Position numbers and translations under genes: made by a program. A stretch of 50,346 nt of DNA, counting the filler, from Sphacelaria rigidula (lineage: Eukaryota), in the NCBI GenBank assembly GCA_964200075.2. It is 2 parts of 2 records of this genome, joined end to end, with 100 filler letters (N's around TTAATTAATTAA, not from the genome) between each part and the next. Parts side by side here need not be neighbours in the genome. Positions count along the whole stretch, not along the records: positions 25,249 to 50,346 come from CAXNAA020000180.1; 1 more part is not named here. One strand, given 5' to 3'. Below, in pieces: positions 35,947 to 48,900 of the stretch. A model generated the notes under the pieces. The model was not told the DNA's origin, did not search any database, and worked only from the letters and a program-made list of their open reading frames with translations. Each line of letters starts with the position of its first letter. Within the stretch, counting starts at the first letter, position 1.

Positions 35947-37937
35947 ATTCGGTTGATTTGTCTTGTGCCGAAATAACCCCCCCCCCCCCTGTACCTGGAC
36001 GAACACCCCAGATATTAGTAGATGCGCAACCGCCCCCCCTCCCCCCCCGCGCGCTCTTTTTTGTGTTGCGGTACCCCACCGCTAGGTCCTGACTGACTTC
36101 TAAGGCATACCTTACCTTTTGCCTTGGAGCCCCTTTTCAGAGAGGGGTTGTGTGAGAGGGGGTTATGGCGCCTGAGATGTCTTGTCTGGGCGAGGCAAGC
36201 CTCGGTATCACGAAAACGGGAATAAGGCAAGCAGAAACAAACGCCAACTTCTATCAAGAGGGGGCTTGGGGTTATTTCTCGTACGGACCTCCTTTTTTAA
36301 AAATCACACAGCGACAAGCATACTGCAGACCATCTTCAACGTTCAGCTACTGCACTGCACTGCTGTGCAGTCGCGTACTACTGCTAGCATACCACCATTC
36401 TGACAGTCCAGCGGGATCATGTCTACGGTAGAGGGTCGAAGCGCTGCTGGTTCTGCAGCTGCTGCATCATCCACCGCTCCCGCTGCCGCTTCCGAGACAC
36501 CGCTGCAGCATCCGGCAGCAGCCCCGTTCCCGGTCCTTGTTCAATAAATAAAATTCAATCCCAACTGAACATCCAACCGTCCATCCTCAAAAAATCTTCA
36601 ATAAATAAATAAATAAATAATTACAGTAGTAGTGGGCGGTCTAACTAAATGATTTTGCGGAATTTTGTGAATTTGTCGTAATTGACGATTTTCTTGGGCT
36701 CTTTTCGCTTTCCACCGCTCGTAACTTCGGGGACCTGAAGAAATTTGTATCCGCTCCACATTCCAAGAAAAAAAAAATCTGTACTCAATATTGGATGACT
36801 TACGGGCCGACCGGTTATCGGAGATGCTGCCACGTTTCAGCCGAGATTCTTACTCTTCGGTATTGTCGGTTGCTCGAGCCTGTCCCAATCATATTTGTAA
36901 AGAAATATACATTTTGTTTTTTTCTACCTTATCATTGCGCTAGAGCAAAAAAACTGTGCTTCACGGTCAATAACACCCTCTTGATAAATGGGATATTTAC
37001 TCGTTTCGCCTGATAAAACCAACTGATACTGACTCCGGCACAGTGTTTCGAAGATGATCTGTTTATTGTACCAAACTTTACCGACGCTAGTAATTTCGAG
37101 TTGTATCGAAGAGCTGTGATGAAGAGCTGTTGTGCTATATTTACAAGGACACAGCTTGCAATCCAAGGAACAGGCTCACAAGGCAAGTGGACAACAGTCA
37201 GGCTGTCACAGCTTGCACAAGTGCTGAACACAGGCTCAGCAATCAAACACAGGCTCAGCGATCAATATAGCAGACGGGTTCTCACGCGATGGTTCTTCAC
37301 TTATTCTGGCTTAGCTTGTTTCTAACTCCAGTATCCAATCAATCAATCCAACCGTCTCACCGATACTCAGGCTTCTTTTGCTGGCGTGGCAGTAGGGTAG
37401 TGACCGATGGTGCGAGCTTTGTTCGTGTTCAGCGAATAAAGCCAATATCATCTCTGCAATATACAGATTCACACTCGTACGTGACCAACTTTGATCAGAC
37501 CTGCAGTATTGTACCTTAGAATACTTTGAACACGAAAAAGCCAAAAATGCAGATAGCCAGACTCGACAACGCGTCTGAAGCGCCATGAGAATAGGTTAGT
37601 ATGCGTCTTCATGACACTAACCCACCCAGACGAACCTTTATCACAGCTGCGAGGGTATATCCTCAGAGAAGCGAAAACTAAGGTTTTTCTTTACACCTGA
37701 AGTCATGAGCTGCTAATAAAGCATACCTAAGGGAACACTCCCGTACCTAACACTCCCGTACCAACAAACCTGTACCCACTGCCACACCTCAAAAGAAGGG
37801 AAGCATAGACTGCTTCGAGTAGCAGAAAAAACTGCTCCGACACGCGGAAGCACAAACTGCTTCTGCGTGCTAGCGATCAACGAAGAAGCACAAATTGCTT
37901 CGGCGTCCTAGCAAAATTTAAGGGGGAGGGAACAGGG

Positions 37938-38064
37938 AGGTACAACAGGGAGCAGAGCTTCAACCTGGGGAAATCTAAAGGTACAACAAGGAGCATGGCT
38001 TCAACCTGTGGGAATCCAAAGGTACAACAGGGAGCAGAGCTTCAACCTGGGGGAATCCAAAGGT
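37938..38064. repeat. ~41-bp tandem repeat x3 in the 3' non-coding region of the gypsy element
   Basis: AGGTACAACAGGGAGCAGAGCTTCAACCTGGGGGAATCCAA units. Confidence 0.92.
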
Positions 38065-38340
38065 GCTAGACACTGCAAGATCGGAAATCTAGAAGTCGGT
38101 GATCCAACGAGATCAAGCGCCAGTCGCAAGGGGATACTATGGCTCCAGCAATCGTAGATGGTGGTCGTCCAGTAATTCTTGATCGTCGTCCGATGTAGGT
38201 CGCGCTGTTGTGGTGTCGTAGAAGAGGGTTTTGATGGAGAAGGGAGGGCAGAAAATGCTTACGGAAAAGAAAATGGGGGTGGGGCAGCAGTTTCGACAAG
38301 GAAGCATGGGAGCGCAGCAGCTGCGACAAGGAAGCGTGGT

Positions 38341-39320
38341 TCAAAGTGGGGCGTGGACGTCGTGGGTGTGGTCGATGTTGCACTGGACACCGCGGCGAAG
38401 TCCTTTGGACTTGAGGCGCGGGTGGCACCAGGATCCGCGTGGTGCAGATGGGCTTGTGGTGTATTGTGCTGGCCGAAGCTTGAGCAGTATGGGTCCAGGG
38501 TCATCGATGACGCGCACGATGTATGTGTCGGTCGAAACCAGGTTAGCGGAGTGGGTCTGACCCAACCACCAGAGGTTGTCGCTGCCTTTGAACCAAAGGT
38601 AGCTACCTTTGGGTAGGAGTCGCTGGTTCGCGAAGAGCTTCGTCTTACAAGTCTTGGTGGGTACAAGTTCATAACCATCGGCGACGAAGCGTAGTCCCTG
38701 ATTGCGGTGAAATTCGCGGGCTGCTGCGCCACGACGCATGTTGCGATATATCTTGTTGTGAGCAAGATGCTGATGTCGGGATTGCGTCCAGCGAAGGAGG
38801 ATTGTACGGCGGTGCAATTGCAGGCCGGATTCGCATTCCCGAGACGCTCTCCAAAGACCGTGCCATTGTGTCTTATACATGACAGTGATTTTGCCACCTC
38901 GACCACGGGTTATCTAGTGGCCGGAAATGGAGGACACGGTCAATCGAAGGGGCTGTTCCGTCACGTCGTCGGTTGTAACGTGGTAGGGCGGGGACTTGGT
39001 CGAGTAGCTGTTGAGAACATACTATGTGAGTCCGACAGGCAGGTACTTGGGCATGTCACTTGTGTCATGCGGGTTCGTGCAGGGTTTGCATCTGTGCACG
39101 GAGACGCGGGGCTTGGTGTCTTTGCCCTGGAAGCCGCGAGGCAAGTCGAGATAGAGCAGTTTGTCACTAACGGGTTTTTCATCCGGTGATGATGATGATG
39201 GTCCGACTGTCAGGATCTTGAATGATCCTGTCCAATTGAGGGACAACTTTGTCTCCATAATTATTTCGTTGGCTGCCTTGCTGGTGCCTTGGCGGATGGT
39301 CGACAAACTGTTGTAGATCC
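38341..39320 (-). pseudogene. Integrase C-terminal region: GPF/Y motif, chromodomain-like segment and additional Tudor/PWWP-like segment
   Basis: KLSLNWTGSFKIL; VSSISGH*ITRGRGGKITVMYKTQWHGLWRASRECESGL; LPKGSYLWFKGSDNLWWLGQ...TYIVRVIDD. Confidence 0.7.
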
Positions 39321-39324
39321 AAAC

Positions 39325-40215
39325 TCAATCACCAAATTTCCAGTCAGGGCGTTTGTGCATGGGGTTGTAGAGAGCAGTGTTAGATCTCTCTAGGCGCGAG
39401 GCGTTGATAGCGTGTTGTTCGCGCATGAGGGTAAACGCTTTGCGTTGTGGCGCATGCGCTAGCTCGTGGTAGGATATCTGATCCTGATCCAGTCCTTGGT
39501 GGTCGTCGAACGTGTGTCGCTCAAACACGGTGATAGGCAGCCGAGAGTAACGTTCAAGCTGGAGTTCGTTCGGAGAAAGGCCTGTGGCGGCATTAACCGA
39601 GTTGTTGTAGGACAACATGATATGCGAGAGATGTAGGTCCCAGTCATTTTGGCGGTCATTGACAACCATAGAGATCATCTGGGCCATGGTGTGATTCACT
39701 CTTTCGTTACCACCCTTACCGTTCGAGTGATAGGCGCTCGTGGCAATTTTGCAGATGACCAGAGGCTTGTAAAGCTCATCAGAGAGATCTGAGCAAAATT
39801 GCTGACCATTGTTTGAAAGGAGTCGCTTGGGGTAACCGTAGTGCTTAATGTAATCGTGGACCAAAATGTCGGCCGTTCCGGCGGCAGTGAAATCTGCGGT
39901 GGTTACCGCGTACATGAACGCGTGGCGGCCGAAGCGGTCAGTGAAGAGTAAGATGTAGGTGTTGCCGCGACCTGTGGTCGGTAGAGGGCCAAAGTAGTCA
40001 AAGGACACAACGTAGCCGGGCTCGTCGGGGAGTCCCATAGAGATGACGGGCCAGCGTACTGTCTATCGTGAAGTTTTTCGGGCTTGTCATTTGAAGCATC
40101 GCCGAACCCAGAAGCGGGTTGAAATTTTCACACCAACCCACCAGTAAAAGCGTTCCAAGAGCGCGAGGGTGCGGGTGACGCCAAGGTGACATGATAAGTC
40201 TGTGTGGCAGCCTTT
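39325..40215 (-). pseudogene. Integrase (HHCC + DDE core), inactivated
   Basis: CHTDLSCHLG...FYWW...RRCFK*; SFDYFGPLP; LLSNNGQQF (catalytic D appears mutated to N); GGNERVN; DWD.HL..I.LSYN. In-frame stops near 40065-40089. Confidence 0.93.
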
Positions 40216-41149
40216 CATGACCCAGGGGCGCATTAATAATGGCACATATATGCGCGTTGGTTCGTCATGGAGTAGTCGTGCGGTGCGTCCCGTGGTGGAG
40301 GCGGCAATTGCGCCTGTCAAAGGCGTGGGCCGACGCACGAGTAGTTGCACACCTTCATCGGTAGTAAAAGGGGTGCCTTTACGCACGAGCTCGTATACGT
40401 CAGAAATAACTGGTGGTGGCAGTGTGCCAACCGGGCCCAGAAGTGTCGATGGAAAAGGGACTAGACAGTCGAGTTGTAAGTACCGGATGGCTGCGCGACA
40501 TAGCGGTTCTGCGTTCTGTTCGCGAGCCCAATCGCGGTGGGAGTAGCTGGCGAGAAACTCGCGTAGTTGACCTTCCGCTGGCGAGCCGACCAAACATGGT
40601 GGGGCAGGCGGCGGGGAAATAGGTGACGGGGCGGAAATACCGACGTCAATATCTGTCCCGGAGGCCGGAGCAAAGTCGTCAGCGCCGTGCTCGGGAGCGG
40701 TAAATGTTGGCAGCGCCGTGGTGGGCGGCGGGGTTATATCAGTGTGCGGCGAAGATTGTCCGCGGCTTGTGATGCACGGTGCAGATGTTTTCGCGGAGCG
40801 TTGCGGGTTGGTCCGTGGAACTTGTGCTGGGTGGCTCATAGAGGTTGCAGGTGTTGTCGGTGGCGGCGGGGCACTCGGTGTGGTGCGGGCGGCAGACCGG
40901 AAGCGCGTGTTGTCGGAGATGAGTTGGGTGACTGGAGGCGTCTCCGCGAAGAGTTTCTCGCGAGTATTGAAAGTGCGAAAATCGACAAAATCGGAGGTAG
41001 TGGGCTTTAACCCACCCAAGACGGCGTCATATGGTAGAGGGCGAGGTCCTCCCATATGCATACCGGTTCCCGGGCACTGGAGGTCGAGGGCGTAAACGGG
41101 CGTTGAGAAACGTCTAATCGCGTAAATTCCAGGTTCCTCGGGTTCCGTT

Positions 41150-41530
41150 AAACGGCAAGCCGGGCTGGAATCTGCGACTGGAGGCGGCAGAGGTAGGCGG
41201 GAAAGATCAGTGTTCCCGTTGGTCTTGCCTGGACGGTGCTTAATGGTATACTGGTATGCTGTTAGGAACTCCAACCATCGTTGTACACGAGGGTTGTGTT
41301 CGCCAACCTTGGCGAGTTGTTCAAGTGCTCCGTGATCCGTATAGATCTCGAAGGGCACGTGATAGCCCAAGTGATTACTGCGCCTTCCAGTTCTCGCGGG
41401 CTCCAATTGGCCTCGTTGGGCAGGGTAGCGCGGTTGATGTTAAGGTTGGGTCGGACGGAGCCATCAACCTGGGGTTGATTTAAAACCATCCAAATCCGTT
41501 TGTGCTGACGTCAGTGTGGAGATGGAAAAG
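41150..41530 (-). pseudogene. RNase H domain, frameshifted
   Basis: FHLHTDVSTNGFG, NEANWSPRELE..VITWAI, FEIYTDHGAL, RVQRWLEFL..Y.Y.IKHRPGK.N. Confidence 0.92.
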
Positions 41531-42500
41531 GCGGGGGCCATCTTGTACTGCCTCCCAATCAGGACAGCAAACTACGGGCTTTTCGGTAAGCGTCTTGAGT
41601 AATTCGCGGGTGGTATTCTCCATTTCGGTTGTGAAAGAAAACACGGCTCCTTTCTTGAGTAGCTCAGTAAGGGGGCGAATCCGTTGAGATAAATTCGGCA
41701 AACGTTTGCGGTAGTAGGATAGCCCGTCCAACAATGGGCGAAGTTGAGAAATGTTAGTTGGCATCGGCAAATCAGTCAACGCCTTGACTTTGTTTGTATC
41801 CGGATGCAGGCCTGCTGGCGAAATGGAATGCCCCAAGATGTCCAAGTCAGTCACACCAGGGCGAGCTTTGGATGGAGACAGTTTCAAATCGTGCGTGCGT
41901 AGGCGAGAGAGAAATTCTCGTAAAGTGCGTATATGTGCAATAGGTGAGGCATCGAAAGCGATGGCGTCATCCAGGTACATGATGATGTGCTCGAGGCCCT
42001 CGGTGACGCGTTACATTAAGCGTTGAAAGCATACCGGGGCAGTGGCGGCGACTTGTGGCATTCGAAGCCACTCATAGAGTCCGGACGAGGTACAAAAAGC
42101 CGTCAGTGGGACTGTGTCAGGATGCATAGCATTCTGAAAAAATCCAGAAGCGAGGTCGAAGGTGCTGAATATTTTGCCTTCGCCTAAGGAGTCGAAGACT
42201 TCATCAATGCGGGGAATTGGAACTTTACCGACTACAGTGACGTGGTTCAACCGTTGATAATTCACGGTTATGCGTATGTTTCCATCCTTTTTGGGGACGA
42301 CCACAAGGAGCGAGACCCAAGGAGAGGAGGTATGCTGTATTAATAACGCTCCCAAATACGCATCCAAGATGGCGTTAACTTTCTTGGTAAGGATCGGGTT
42401 TGTTCGGTATGACCGCGAAGAAATCGGCGAGACGCCGGGTTGAAGGGTAACCTCAAAGGGCAGTGTTTTGCAATGCCCAAGATCCGTCTTGGATCGGGAA
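41530..42500 (-). pseudogene. Reverse transcriptase with an in-frame stop
   Basis: SPWVS..VVVPKKDG.IR.TVNYQRLN, FSTFDLASGFFQ, TAF.T..GLYEW.RMP, and YLDD at 41966-41977. A TAA at 42011-42013 interrupts the frame. Confidence 0.95.
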
Positions 42501-43111
42501 AATCGGTCTTGGTACTGTAGCAGGACATCACTGAGTTTTCGGACGACTGCTGGTTCCCAGCCGGGCCCATGAAGGACAAAATTGATGTCGCGCATGTGTG
42601 GCGGCAGTTGGTTCCACATGTGCAAGAAAATATTCAGAGAATCTGGTGATAAGCGTTGAAGCACTTCAGCAGGAGGATCGGAATTTGGCTGAGCAGGATC
42701 CACGGCGAGGACCTGGGGTGGAGTCGCAGAGGCGAGGACGAAATAGGGTTCATCGACACGATGGACTGACTCCGCCAGAAATGTGGTGTTTGGCGCGTCA
42801 GGCTCTGTTACGCACGTCTCGAGTGGGATGTGCATCAGTGGAGCAGGGGCGATTCCTAACACATCGCCGGGTTCCAAGTTGGCATGACCCGTAAGAGGGA
42901 GGAGTTGTTGTCCCGCCGGCACAAAATGTTCTGTGTCGGCTGGTGCGCCAATACGGGGTAACATTTCGGCAAGATAATGGCCCGTAAGTGCTGGCATGCC
43001 ATTTCGGCGAACTCGTGCAACTTCAAGAAGTTGGGGGTCGTCGGAGAGTGTTATACCCACGCTACCGTTATATTGTAGGTGGTAAGCAGCTCCGGTTGCT
43101 TGAGGACTCTT

Positions 43112-43530
43112 CTAATAATCCAGGGCACCGTGGAGAATACCGAAGTGCTCGAGGTTGAATTCTCCACGCGGCGTGGAATGTGGCGTTAGTGGTGGAAGCG
43201 TGCGGTAGGTGAGTTGATCAAACCGCACATAGCTACCTCTGCCCAATAATATGGCGTGATACATTGTGCTGTCGGGGACAATGTGTGCCCAGACTGCCAG
43301 GCTGGCAGATCGAGTGATGTTGTGAAAGAATTGCATACTGAGTCGTACGGATTTACGTGTCGTCGGAGGTGCGGCAGAATCACCAAAACCGCCCCATACC
43401 CGAGGTTTGGTGGTGGTTTCGCAAGCTGCAGTAGCAGCGCCAGTCTGTTTCATGTGTTTCCATGTTGATTCTCGAATAAATGTTTACGGGCTGCCGCTGT
43501 CCAATAAGGATACGCATTTCGTAGGCGTGA
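43112..43530 (-). pseudogene. Aspartic protease, degenerate
   Basis: VSLLDSGSP*TFI (DSG at 43493-43501) and downstream AILLGR. Confidence 0.8.
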
Positions 43531-44439
43531 TAGGGTTTGGACCGGAACGCGAGTAGTGAAAGTGGCCGGATCTACAGACACTTTACCGCCGACAAGATCC
43601 GGACCGTGTTCCGGCAAGGGAAACTGGTCAAGATCAGCGGGGCTGACAGCAAAAGCGCATGGCGGGTGACCCTCGGTGGGTTAGATGTCTCACCAGAGAA
43701 AGGGGTGAACGGTATATTATTTCCAGGTGTGTCACAGTCAGAGTGACCATTAGCGATTTTGTCAATGATCGTCTGTGGGTGACAGGGATCACCGTCCGAG
43801 AGGGAGCCAGAATGTGCGGGGCTGGAGTCGTCGATTGAGGGAGTAGTGCCGTCAGAATTATTTGATTTTGTTTCTTCCAGGATACTTGATAGAGCTGTCG
43901 AACTCAAAGTCGTCGCATTTTGGAGAGATTGAGGTGAAGGATTTCCGCTCGAAAGAGGTGTACGTGATGATGCGCGCGCGTCCTTAGGGGCATGCTTACG
44001 GGGCTCTCTCTTTCGCCGTGGCAAAGGTCGGGGAATGTTCAAAACATTTTGGAATGAAACTACAACTGCGTCCAGCTGCGTGGATAGGGTCAGCATCGGG
44101 GCATGATGGAGCGAAACTTGTGGACTGCGTAGGCAAGCTTGGCTGTTGGGTCATAGCCTAAGATATGTTGGGGTGGTTGTTATTCAAAGCGGCCGAAGGT
44201 ACGCCCGTGCGTGTGGAAAAACGCGTGGAAGGAGCTCGGTTCAACTGATTGGGAATTACATGATCCGATGTGGTCAAGTTCAAATCAGCAACACTTGGGT
44301 CAGCTGAAAAAGGCTTGCTACTACCTGTGCGTGCGGTCGCTGAGGGAAGCCTTTGCCTCAGGGACTGGCGGTTGGTCTTCCCACACCTCAGACTTATACT
44401 CGACACTGAAAGACCGAGTTCAAAGCCGGGTGTAGGTCT

Positions 44440-44702
44440 GAGTCGCGGGGTGACAACTGTTACGCGGTGTGTGGAGGGATGAAGACGGGGGTCGACTTGA
44501 ATGGCCGTCAGTTTCAATCCTGCATAGTGCCGGGAGAGCCGGGTGGACAATCTTAGTCGCGGGCTCTGCGGGCTGTGTTGAAAATTGTGTGGAGATTAGA
44601 GACGGGGGTCGATTTGAACGGCCGTCAGTTACGCACCTGGATAGTGCCGGGGGAGTCGAATGAGCAGTTTTAGACACGGACTCCGCGGGCTGTGTTGAAA
44701 AA
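44440..44702. repeat. ~117-bp diverged tandem duplication between gag and protease
   Basis: TGTGTGGAG..GACGGGGGTCGA.TTGAA.GGCCGTCAGTT...ATAGTGCCGGG.GAG...GCGGGCTGTGTTGAAAA occurs twice. Confidence 0.8.
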
Positions 44703-44884
44703 GTCTTCGCTCGTGCTATCGACGGCGTGGAAGACCGAAGAACGCCGGCGTCGGCACGTCATGGATCTACGTGGTCCGTAGTGAAGGTACCAGGGTTTCT
44801 AGTGTTGGGATTAGAGCTTTGTGTCGGTCCCGTCCGCTGGTGTCTATCAGCGGAACGTTTGTTGTCGCGAGAATTTTGATCATT

Positions 44885-45919
44885 CTAGCGAGGGCTTCCG
44901 TGAATGTTGTTTTGTCGGCGACCGCGATTAGAGCTTTTGTTGCCACGTTGGTTCGAATTGTTACGGTAATTTCGATTAGGTGGGCGGTAGTCGCGCATGC
45001 GTCTTTGCCATCGGCGCCACGCGGGTTCATTGTCCTGCAATTCAGAGTTCATGAGATCAAAGGCATTGATGCATGGACTGTCACAGTCGCGCATGCTGTG
45101 GCCTTGAGCACTATAGTTGATGCAACTGTTGGCATGACTGCTGAAGGCATTGCGTCTAGCGGAAGACGAAATAAGTAGGTTCCACAAATGGGAGTCATCG
45201 GTAATGAATGCCGTTGTTGAAGTCAAATAAACATCGTCCCAAGTTTCCTCGGAAAACGGCCAATCATCAAACCTCGCGCTAAATGCATCTCTGGTACTCT
45301 TAACATGCATAACTGAACCGGCGACCGAGTCGGGGGTCCATGAAGCGCGAGACGAACTCGAATTCCTGCCGCGAGCCCCTTGGGCATGAGCGGAGGACAC
45401 AACCGTAGGTTGTGAACGCACGGACGTAGAAGGTTTGCCACGTATGGCGAGCGTTAGATTACCCTCTTGGTGTACAAAAGAAGACCACATAGTATCAACG
45501 GAGGCGGAAGGCACCTCGCGACGCGCCAAGACACCCGGAAACAACGACGGCATCAAAGCCGGATACTGTTGAGCAACGCTATTGCGAACGTAAGTCTGAC
45601 ACATTGCATTACGCGGTCCGTTCTGGCGTCCGACACCCGTCGTACCCGAAACCAAAAGCTTAAATTCACGGGGATAATCCGCGAAGAGGACATCAGATGC
45701 GACGACAAAAGAACTCAGCTTCTGGATGGCGCTGGCCTGGTCAGGTTTAACGAAGTAATCGATTAAACGTCTCTCCAAATCAGAGAGTAATACCGGGCCT
45801 GTCTCCCCCTTGGCACGGTCCGGGTCCATCTCGGCGATGAAGCCGTCGAGAATCAGCGTTAGAGAAGCAGCGAGGTCGGGAGAGCGGCGGCTGATGGATC
45901 GATGCATTGCTTTGTGCAA
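44885..45919 (-). pseudogene. gag: Gag core with decayed zinc knuckle
   Basis: 344-aa ORF upstream of the protease, with CINYSAQGHSMRDC (CCHC with C to Y) followed by an N/R-rich tract. Confidence 0.75.
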
Positions 45920-48900
45920 GGGAGTCTGTCAGCCCTCTACCCAGTCGGAATCTTCGAAATGTTGTGTGCCAGTCGTATCCGCCAAGTGAAGGATGTTACA
46001 AACAGTACGGCGGATGGACGTGATGAGGGCAGAAGTAAACTGGCCCGAATCTTTGTTGTCCGCGGCAGGCATGGTTTTGATGTGCCAGAGTTTTCCACAT
46101 TCATCTGAATATACTGTCTCTGTATTGCAGCTACTCGGGCAGGCTCAGCTCTATCGGAAGCTGCTTTTTTGCTAGTTTCGGAACGTTCTTTGTCAGCCGC
46201 AGCGGTTGCTAAGGCGCGGGCTGCAGTGGAAGACAAAGGACGGTCGGGTGTGTCCGTATCGGATAAGCCTAAAATGCGGGCCGAAACATCAGCCAATTCA
46301 GGAATCACTTGCCTGGGGGTCGCCAAACCCGAGGGGGGAATGTCTGTGCTATACGAGTTCCAGTTAGTTGCGGATGAACCGGAAGAGTTACCTCCGGAGT
46401 TCTTGCGGTGCGATTTGCGAGGGGGGCGGTTCGGTCCGGAACCACCCGAAGAAGATCCTCCACCGCCATGGCGGCGGCGTGAATTCCCGCCATCGTTGTC
46501 GTCGTCATCTCGCCTGTGTTTTTTTTTCTGGCCCCGGCAATTGGAGGTTGCGGGAGTCCACCCATCTTCATCTTCGTCTCCGTCGATGGTGGCGCCGGGA
46601 TGAGTGTTGTAGGCGGCGCGGAGCGCCGCAAAAAGTTGAACGACAGCATCAACGTAAGTCTCGTGGTTCTGGTGATCACTGATGGTCGTCTGAAGGACCA
46701 GATGACCCAAGGTAAGCACTGATACGCCATCTTTGGGGAAGGCGCCGACCTGGTCCACGTAAATCCCCAAAGCATAAAACATTCGCTGTGAGATAAGGGT
46801 CCATGCGTCGCGAGAGCAATGAAGGTGATTGCGGCGTTGGAAGGGACCGGTATAGGCGACCACGGGACGAGAAAGCCACTCTCGTTCGTGGGACGCCAGT
46901 TGCAAATCTCGAGGAGAAACGGCATTCGCCGCCGAGCTAGCTCCATGAGGTGGCGGTGTTGGAGCCGTCGTGGGGGCGGCAGCGGCCGCAGCAAACGACA
47001 TCTTGTCGGATTTACGTGGTATGACGTAAGTAGACTTGTTGGGCGTTGGCTGGCGAGGCGGGCGGGCACTGAGCAAGTGACTGGCGGAAGGTGGAGAGGC
47101 TTGATGCTTGGACAAGCGCGCCACCGACGAGGCCGCTTTTCGAGCCGTTCGCCGGACATGGTCTTCCAGCTCGCGCACCCGTCTCTAAGCCGCCAAGGCT
47201 TCGGTATTACCTTCCTGCAGCGCTCGTTGCGCAGCCGTGCTCGTGCATTGAGCATTGGAGGCCTGCCGCTGAAAATCCTTTTGCTTCTCGGCGTGGTCCT
47301 CCAGAAGGAGGCGGGCAGCAGCGGCATCAGCTTCGCGTTGCTGGTGAAGGATGTTTTGGGCTAGTGCAGGTGTCTGTGATGCGTAGTCATCAATGAGTTG
47401 TAGCTGCTCCGCGCGGGGGCGGTTTGTGAACAGCCCTGGAAAGGAGGCCAGTCGGGCAGCGCTCGTCGCCGAGCGGAGGGGGAACCTCCACGGATGGGGG
47501 CGAGCGCACGGGGGCATCCTCGACGGGGCCTGTGGTTGGACCACTGTCGGCGTCCGTGTCAACGGCAGACGGAGCGACGGCGGTTGTAGGAGCTGCCGCG
47601 GGGGCGGATGAAGGCGCAGCTGCCACAGTAGCCGCAGCAGTAGCTGCAGGGGCGCGAATGGGCTTCGTGGCGACTGTAGCGGCGGCGGCAGCGGATGTTG
47701 AAGTGTCCATGGTTGATTGTTGTCGCTCAAGTTCTGTCAAGCGTTGTTGAAGAGGAAAAATAATCGCAGCATCGGAGCGGGACGGTGGTTCGCGGTCAGT
47801 GCGTGGTCGTCGGTTTTGCGATGAGGTGCCGCCGGACCCTTCAATTGAGAATGCCAGAGCCGGTGACATGTCCGAAAATATGTTTTGTTATCATCAACAT
47901 GTACAGTGTTATTATTGCGTACATAACGGCGGCGTGACAGATGCGGGGCAGGGGAGGTGCGCGCGGGTGCATGATCGGTGTTTTTCGAGCGCGTGTGATT
48001 GCGCGAAGAACTTTATCTGTTCCGCAAATCATCCTCGTGAGTACGTTCACGGTTGGCATTCATCGGGCGCTTTGGAGCGCACGATGAATTGGAACTATGG
48101 CGTGAACTACCGTCATGTTTGTGACCATGAACGACGTTCTTCGGGCGTGTAGAAACGCGCGATGAATTCAAGCTTTGCTGGGAGTTGCCCTTAGAACTTC
48201 CAGAACGGGAGACGTGGTCGTGACCAATTCATGGGGTGCGGCGCCGGTCAGAAGCGAGAGTAAGAATCTGGTTTGACGTTGAGGAGGGGCTGGACTCATT
48301 TTCGTTGACTTTTTCATGAGTGACGAACGGAGGACGCGATATCGCCGATCGGGGTGCCAAACGTAAGGGTTTGGGCGTGGCAGGTGCAGAATCATCGTTG
48401 CATTGCACGTGAGCAGACGCCGATTGATCTTGGAGCATGGCCTGGCAGAAAGCCGTAAATGCCTCGATGAGAGCTGGAGCCGGAGAGAGCGACGACGCCG
48501 ATGAGGTGCGATGCAGAATTTGCATGGCAGCATGCATGGCCGCAACTGCGGGTCCGACATTGGGCTGCGCAGTAGGGCGCACGGGACTATCGAGAGTCGT
48601 GCGGTGGGGGTCCATAACGGAAGCAGCCCGCGTGACAAAGTTGCTTGCTCCAAAAGCGATACGCTTTTATCGGGACAGAATCGTCTCGAGAGTTGTCAGC
48701 CGTCATGCGACGGGGTGCCACGGTTGAAGCATCCGTTACAGGGCCAAGCTGGACACGTGTGTCCAGGGAAAACGACTAAGCTGGGGGCACAATCCTGAGT
48801 TCGGATTCCACATTGGGATTCGGAAGAACAGGACGCAGCGAGGGGTGTGCAACGGAATCCACCGTTATGGGTTCACTGACATGTCCGTCAGGAACCAATG

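Noticed and set aside
37128-37571. Possible solo LTR (TGTTG...CAACG, AATAAA at ~37435) or the missing 3' LTR of the minus-strand gypsy element
   Set aside because: It has no TSD, no terminal CA and no similarity to the sequence beyond the PBS at 49271 onward.
46305-47364. Long overlapping ORFs (340 aa minus, 181 aa plus)
   Set aside because: These are alternative or antisense frames of GC-rich retroelement sequence.
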